Assembly: GCA_964581155.1 (NCBI GenBank)
Contig: CAZONP010000002.1
Coordinates: forward strand, 1 to 43,065
Direction: 5' to 3'
DNA: 43,065 nucleotides
From: an uncultured Candidimonas sp.
GTDB lineage: Bacteria > Pseudomonadota > Gammaproteobacteria > Burkholderiales > Burkholderiaceae_B
Of the stretch, positions 37,983 through 43,065 are shown piece after piece; the stretch's first letter is position 1, and each line of letters opens with the position of its first letter. The position numbers and the translations under genes are program-made. Below the pieces are notes generated by a model. That model was not told the origin of the DNA and did not search any database. It worked only from the letters and a program-made list of their open reading frames with translations.

Positions 37983-39319
37983 GCGCGTGGCGGCGGGTCG
38001 GCTATAACGTCGTTCACGCCGGTCACTACCCGCTTCACGGCGCCCGCGTGCTTCTGCACCCAGTGCGCCCCGGCCTGACCCATGCGTCCGAGCCGTTGGG
38101 GATCGTCAAGCAATTGCAAGGCCATCTGCAATGCGGCTTCGGCGTCGATGGCGCGCACAGCCGCACCCTCGTCAATGGCATCCACCACGGCTTGTTCAAA
38201 ATTACGGGTGTGTTGCCCCACAATGACCGGCACGCCCAAAGCACAAGCCTCGATGAGGTTCTGTCCGCCCAAAGGCGCGAAACTGCCGGCTACGATAGCC
38301 ACTTGGCTTGAGGCGTAATAGCGCGGCATCTCGCCCAGGCTATCGCCCAACAAGACAACTGCCTCGCTGCATGCGCGAAGCGCGGACGCCGTGCAATCTC
38401 CCATAAGGATGAACTGCGAACGCCGAACGAAAGGCAGGCCGGCCTTGGTGAGCAGCCCCGCCGCCTCGTCGAAACGCTGGGGGTGCCGTGGGATCAAGCA
38501 GTAAAGCACCCCGGGAGCCACATCCCTGCCCTGCTGCTGATCACGCTTCACCTGGCGCACGATGGCACGGACGAACATGTCGTCCTCGCCCTCGCGCGTG
38601 CTGGCTATTGAAATGATCTTGCGCGGCAAGGCATCGGCGAACTGGCGCCCGCGCGATATCTGTTCTTGCGGCAGAGTAATGTCGAACTTGAAATTTCCGG
38701 ATACCCGCACCGCCGATGCACCAGCCTGTTCCAGACGCTGCGCATCGTGCAGTGTCTGGGCATACACGGCGGCGAAACTGGCGTACGCACGGCGCATGAC
38801 GCTGCCGGCGCGCAAGCTTTGCCGCAACGAGTTGTCGGAAAACCGGGCGCTGGCAAGGACCATGGGCACGCCCTGGCGTTGTGCCGCCGCCAGCAAGTTG
38901 GGCCACACCTCCCGTTCAATCAGTACCCCGGCCACGGGCCGATAATGCGCCATGAAACGGCGCGCGGCCCCGGGAAAATCGTAAGGCAGCCATTGCTGCT
39001 CGATCGTGCCCCGCGCAATAGCCTGGCGGAATGCCCGCTCGCCCTCGGCGCGACCGGTTTCCGTCATATGCGTCAGCAAGACTTTGCGGCCCTGATCCAG
39101 CAAGGCTTGGATAAAGGGTTGCGCAGCCCGTGTCTCACCCAGACTTACCGCGTGCACCCACACGGGATTCACAACCGTGCCGGGACTCGTGTAGCGGCCG
39201 AAGCGAGGTCCGGAGCATACGCCCCATTCGCCGCCGGAGCGTCGGGCACGTACAGCCATCCAGGCCAGCAAACCGGGCGACAACAGCCGAACAATCGCGG
39301 TGTAACCAAGAAGATTCAA
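37979..39319 (-). CDS. waaA: Kdo transferase
   Basis: [47 protein letters not shown]. Confidence 0.95.
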   Translation of the reverse strand: MNLLGYTAIVRLLSPGLLAWMAVRARRSGGEWGVCSGPRFGRYTSPGTVVNPVWVHAVSLGETRAAQPFIQALLDQGRKVLLTHMTETGRAEGERAFRQAIARGTIEQQWLPYDFPGAARRFMAHYRPVAGVLIEREVWPNLLAAAQRQGVPMVLASARFSDNSLRQSLRAGSVMRRAYASFAAVYAQTLHDAQRLEQAGASAVRVSGNFKFDITLPQEQISRGRQFADALPRKIISIASTREGEDDMFVRAIVRQVKRDQQQGRDVAPGVLYCLIPRHPQRFDEAAGLLTKAGLPFVRRSQFILMGDCTASALRACSEAVVLLGDSLGEMPRYYASSQVAIVAGSFAPLGGQNLIEACALGVPVIVGQHTRNFEQAVVDAIDEGAAVRAIDAEAALQMALQLLDDPQRLGRMGQAGAHWVQKHAGAVKRVVTGVNDVIADPPPRA

Positions 39320-39423
39320 TGACCTTGACCAATGGAGGTGAAGCAGAGCACAAATGGCTGACTTATAGCCTTGCGGAAACTTCCTGTCACTACGGCAAAC
39401 CGCCGAAGGGCGCTCGCACGCAC

Positions 39424-40419
39424 TTACAGTGCATCGACGCCCTGCAGGCGTGTATGCAAGGATTCATCGAACGCAAGCCCCTGGTCCACCGCACTGAGCA
39501 CGGTTTCCGCAGATGGGGCGTTGCCGCGCTCTCCCAGACTGGCCGTATACGCAGGCCCCTCGAGCGGCGTACGCACGGGTGTGGAAGCCTTGTAAATGCC
39601 TATGGTCGGGCGGCCCAGCCCAGCGGACAAATGGGTCAGGCCACTATCGAGACCCACCATGATGCGGGCGCCCGCCAACACCTTGGCCACGTCGGTCAGA
39701 CCCATGCGCGGCAATACCTGCGCGTGGTCATTCCCCTGGACAAGCTTGTTTGCGCGTTCCGTTTCCGAAGGGCTTCCGGACAAGAGCTTCAAATCCAGAC
39801 CGTGCTCGCGCAAACGGCCAAACACTTTCTGCCAGTCGGCTTCGGGCCACAATTTGTCGTCGCGGCTGGCCGACGGCATGATGACGGCATATGGCTGGAT
39901 TTCGACGTCACGCGTGATGCGCTCCAGACCGAAATCCGGCTCGCCTTCGAAAACATACCCGAAGGTTGCCGCCGCCAGTTCGCGCTGGCGCTTGACTGCC
40001 GGTTGCCAGAAATTCACGGTATGCCTGACGTTATAAAAGAACGATGCCAGCGGCTCGCGCGCTGATCGGCGATCCAGGCCATGGCGAACGCCGTGGGTCT
40101 GCCGCACCAGCCACACCGATTTCATCAGCGCCTGCATGTCCAGCACGATGTCGTATTGCCTGGCGTCCAGATTCTTGCGCAAGTTGGCCCTGTCCGCCCG
40201 TGTTTGCGCCGACCACCAGTGCTTGCGCCACCGCCGGTGAGCAACCGGAATGACTTCGTGGATGGCTGCGTGCCATGTTGGGATCTCGGCGAAGCTTTCT
40301 TCGACGATCCAGTCGATCTGGGCCTGCGGCACATGACGGGCAATATCGGAGATAGCCGGCAGCATATGCACCAGATCGCCCAACGAGGACGTGCGAACAA
40401 TCAGGATCTTTTTTGTCAT
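39424..40419 (-). CDS. waaC: Lipopolysaccharide heptosyltransferase I
   Basis: KILIVRTSSLGDLVH, IDWIVEE, DMQALMKS, AREP, K.WP, GLDSGLTHL. Confidence 0.93.
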   Translation of the reverse strand: MTKKILIVRTSSLGDLVHMLPAISDIARHVPQAQIDWIVEESFAEIPTWHAAIHEVIPVAHRRWRKHWWSAQTRADRANLRKNLDARQYDIVLDMQALMKSVWLVRQTHGVRHGLDRRSAREPLASFFYNVRHTVNFWQPAVKRQRELAAATFGYVFEGEPDFGLERITRDVEIQPYAVIMPSASRDDKLWPEADWQKVFGRLREHGLDLKLLSGSPSETERANKLVQGNDHAQVLPRMGLTDVAKVLAGARIMVGLDSGLTHLSAGLGRPTIGIYKASTPVRTPLEGPAYTASLGERGNAPSAETVLSAVDQGLAFDESLHTRLQGVDAL

Positions 40420-40425
40420 AGGATA

Positions 40426-40431
40426 ATTATA
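40426..40431 (-). promoter_or_regulatory. Consensus -10 (TATAAT) 6 nt before the waaC ATG (leaderless-type)
   Basis: Minus strand TATAAT-TATCCT-ATG, no Shine-Dalgarno. Confidence 0.5.
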
Positions 40432-40439
40432 GTTGGCAC

Positions 40440-41375
40440 TTACCGCGAGCGGCCACGCCATTCCCATGCGCCCAGGCAGATGCCGCTGCTGCAGATTATG
40501 GCTATGCCTATCCATGTGAACGTATCGGGAAACTGGCCCCAAATCAGCCAGCCCAGCGTTGCCGCACTGACAATCTGCAAGTAAATGAAGGGCGCAAGCA
40601 TGGAAGCGGGCGCATGCCGATAGGCCTGGATTTGCAGCAAATGGCCAGCCGCTCCAAGAAAGCCGGTCGATACCAGTACGACCCATTGCAATGGACTCAG
40701 CGTCGACAGCAGCGGTATGGCGGCCGGCAATATGAAAGGCAATGCCAGGGTAAGCGTCAAGCCTCCTACTGCGCCGCTCCAGATTAGCGTTGTCATGGGA
40801 TCGTCGACGGCGACACGCCTGGTTGCGATGAATTGACCCGCGAACAGAAAGGCGGTCATCAGGCCGAACACCGTGCCCAACGGATCCAGGCCGCCACCGG
40901 GCCGGATGATGATCACCACGCCAAGGAAGCCAACGCCGGCGGCAATCCAGCGCGATATGCGCGCGGGTTCCCTCAGTAGCCACGGCGCCGCCGACAACAT
41001 GATCAATGGAGCCAGAAAATTGATGGCGGTGGCCTCCGCCTGCGGCAGATAGCGCAGCGTGTTGAAGAAAGACAACGTGGCCAACAGCATGACGCCCCCA
41101 CGCAGTATTTGCGCACGCGGGCGAACACTACGCAAGACCGCCGTTCCGCGCGACGGCAACACTAGCGCCAGGACCAGCACCAGATGCACCACATAGCGCA
41201 CCCAGGACAGCATGAACAACGATACGCCCGCGCCCATGATCCACTTGCCGCTGGCATCCAGCCCCGATAGCGCCCACGCGGAAAGCACCACCAACGCAAT
41301 CCCCGTCATCGGGTGCGTGGCACCATAGGCCACCTGTGTCAGGTCAGAGCGGGGCCTGTCATGACCGATACGCAT
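40440..41375 (-). CDS. DMT/EamA family transporter
   Basis: About 10 hydrophobic segments, LPQAEATAINFLAP, LREP, IIRPG, APASMLAPF.Y; start uncertain. Confidence 0.9.
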   Translation of the reverse strand: MRIGHDRPRSDLTQVAYGATHPMTGIALVVLSAWALSGLDASGKWIMGAGVSLFMLSWVRYVVHLVLVLALVLPSRGTAVLRSVRPRAQILRGGVMLLATLSFFNTLRYLPQAEATAINFLAPLIMLSAAPWLLREPARISRWIAAGVGFLGVVIIIRPGGGLDPLGTVFGLMTAFLFAGQFIATRRVAVDDPMTTLIWSGAVGGLTLTLALPFILPAAIPLLSTLSPLQWVVLVSTGFLGAAGHLLQIQAYRHAPASMLAPFIYLQIVSAATLGWLIWGQFPDTFTWIGIAIICSSGICLGAWEWRGRSR

Positions 41376-41397
41376 CGCTATCCTTTAAACTGCATCC

Positions 41398-41610
41398 ATG
41401 ACTACTTGGTATATTTTGCCCAATGGCAACATCAAACATGCGAACGGACTGGAACTCGAGCCCGAGAAAGACTGGTTTCCGACCCCTGAAAGCATGCAGG
41501 CCTTCACCGACCAGCAGCGCGACAAGGGTCAATCGGATTTGCTGATCATAAAGACCATGATGGACTTGGCTCGCGACGGCGAGCGCTGGGTGCAAGACAA
41601 CTTGAGCTGA
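41398..41610 (+). CDS. Small hypothetical protein (70 aa)
   Basis: Fills the intergenic gap without overlap, protein-like composition, TAAACT 6 nt upstream of the ATG. Confidence 0.72.
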   Translation: MTTWYILPNGNIKHANGLELEPEKDWFPTPESMQAFTDQQRDKGQSDLLIIKTMMDLARDGERWVQDNLS

Positions 41611-41621
41611 TGCGCCCGGCC

Positions 41622-42143
41622 CTACAGCGCCACAAGTTCGGTCTTGTACCGGGCGGCGCGTTCGGCATAGTTCACAGCACTATGTTCAAGCTTGGCGACG
41701 TCGTCGTCGGTAAGTGTGCGCACCACCTTGGCCGGGGCGCCCAATATGAGCGACCGGTCGGGAAACACCTTTCCTTCTGTAACCACCGCGCCCGCACCGA
41801 CCAGGCAATTCTTTCCTATGACGGCCCGATTCAGAATGATGGCCTGTATGCCGATGAGCGAGCCGTCCCCGATGGTGCATCCGTGCAGCATGGCCTGATG
41901 GCCGACGGTCACATTTTCGCCGATGACCAGGGGGCAGCCCGGATCCGTGTGCAGCACCGCGCCTTCCTGAATATTGGAGCCGATGCCAACCACGATGGGC
42001 TCGTTATCGCCACGGATGACAGCGCCGGGCCAAATGCTGCTGTTGGGGCCTAGCGTCGCAAGGCCAATAACAGTGGCTTCCGCCGCGACAAAGGCGGAGG
42101 GGTGAACACTGGGTATGCGATCACCCAATTGATAACAGGTCAT
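41622..42143 (-). CDS. Gamma-carbonic anhydrase family protein (YrdA/PaaY-like)
   Basis: Hexapeptide repeats, IRGD, SNIQEG, LHTD and GHQAMLHG metal-binding His residues, GAPAK. Confidence 0.92.
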   Translation of the reverse strand: MTCYQLGDRIPSVHPSAFVAAEATVIGLATLGPNSSIWPGAVIRGDNEPIVVGIGSNIQEGAVLHTDPGCPLVIGENVTVGHQAMLHGCTIGDGSLIGIQAIILNRAVIGKNCLVGAGAVVTEGKVFPDRSLILGAPAKVVRTLTDDDVAKLEHSAVNYAERAARYKTELVAL

Positions 42144-42152
42144 GGTCGTTGA

Positions 42153-43064
42153 TTACTTAGTGGTTGGCGGTGAAGGGATCGTATCACAAGGCTTTGCCTG
42201 CCAACCCTGTATAAAGCTGGCCACGGGTTGCCGTTTGCCCCCGGACTTCTGCAGCTCCAACAACCTCAGCAAGCCGTCGCCGGTGGCAATGTCGATGCCT
42301 GCGGGTGTCACGCTGACAAGCTGGCCAGGGGCGCCCGGCGCAGCGCCTGTCATGGCTTGCGCCTTCCATACCTTGACGGGGTCGACCAGGCCGGGCAAGC
42401 GTAGCGTTGAGCCGGGCACCGGGTCGAACGCACGGATACGGCGTTCCAGGGCGATCGCGCTTTGGGTGAAGTCCAGCGGCGATTCCGCCTTGTCCAGTTT
42501 GGCGGCATAGGTGATGCCGGTATCTGACTGCGGCTGGGCAAGCAGTGTGCCGCGCCGCAGATCGTCGAGCGCATCAACGATGGCCTGCGCTCCTGCCACC
42601 GCCAGTTCGTCGTGCAGGCTTGCCGCTGTATGGTTCGACGTAATGGGTACAACGCGCCTCAGGAGCATTGCGCCTGTATCCAGGCCTTCATCCATCTGCA
42701 TGATGGTAATTCCGGTCTGCGCGTCCCCGGCCTCGATCGCCCGCTGTATGGGTGCGGCGCCGCGCCACCGGGGCAATAGGCTGGCATGGATGTTGAAGCA
42801 GCCATGAACAGGAAGGTCCAGGGTCCACTGAGGCAGGATGAGACCATACGCGGCCACGACCATGAGGTCGGGCGCCGCATCCAGCAAGGCCTGCCTGGCC
42901 ATCTGCGCATCCTGGGAATGCCTGCCGTCCAGGCGCAGGCTAAGCGGCTGGCTTACAGGTATGTCGGCTTGCAGCGCGGCAGCCTTGACCGGGCTGGGCG
43001 TCAACTTCAGGCCACGCCCCGATGGGCGATCCGGCTGCGTCAGCACCAGCGGAATCTCGTGGCC
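42153..43064 (-). CDS. fmt: Methionyl-tRNA formyltransferase (5' end outside the window)
   Basis: TQPDRPSGRG, VAAYGLILP, NIHASLLPRWRGAAPIQRA, MDEGLDTG. Confidence 0.97.
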   Translation of the reverse strand, partial: GHEIPLVLTQPDRPSGRGLKLTPSPVKAAALQADIPVSQPLSLRLDGRHSQDAQMARQALLDAAPDLMVVAAYGLILPQWTLDLPVHGCFNIHASLLPRWRGAAPIQRAIEAGDAQTGITIMQMDEGLDTGAMLLRRVVPITSNHTAASLHDELAVAGAQAIVDALDDLRRGTLLAQPQSDTGITYAAKLDKAESPLDFTQSAIALERRIRAFDPVPGSTLRLPGLVDPVKVWKAQAMTGAAPGAPGQLVSVTPAGIDIATGDGLLRLLELQKSGGKRQPVASFIQGWQAKPCDTIPSPPTTK

Positions 43065-43065
43065 G

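Noticed and set aside
1-43065. CRISPR arrays, IS elements, tRNA/rRNA genes, defence systems
   Set aside because: Intergenic gaps are short and explained; no spaced repeats, transposases or structural RNA signatures seen by eye

Overview
A 43 kb, GC-rich (roughly 60% by eye), gene-dense chromosomal segment from a betaproteobacterium. Gene order and protein sequences resemble Alcaligenaceae (Bordetella/Achromobacter/Pusillimonas relatives); this assignment is inferred from recall, not from a search. Most of the window is core genome: MidA-like methyltransferase, cca, slt, 5-formyl-THF cyclo-ligase; a methyl-cycle locus (SAM-II riboswitch-metK-DUF1289-SAH riboswitch-ahcY-holin-like gene-metF); two lipid A acyltransferases, dapF-DUF484-xerC; a Zur-controlled zinc module (small ORF-aztABC-like / zur-COG0523-one-Cys dksA); sigma32-hslVU; cusF-like gene and pduO; then lipA-crotonase-lipB-ybeD-dat-dac, birA-coaX, galU, waaA, waaC, a DMT transporter, a gamma-carbonic anhydrase-like gene and partial fmt. 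A probable accessory block (about 22.1-29.2 kb) holds a class III aminotransferase / C45 Ntn-hydrolase / N-formylglutamate amidohydrolase trio and a nirV-nnrR-nirK-cytochrome c551 module with two NnrR boxes. ahcY has an in-frame TAG inside a dense patch of substitutions, more likely a sequencing artefact than biology. I found no CRISPR, IS, prophage, rRNA or tRNA. No clearly novel system is proven. The best candidates are the amidohydrolase/aminotransferase trio, the interrupted nirV-nnrR-nirK arrangement, the holin-like gene under SAH-riboswitch control, and the atypical crotonase coupled to lipB.
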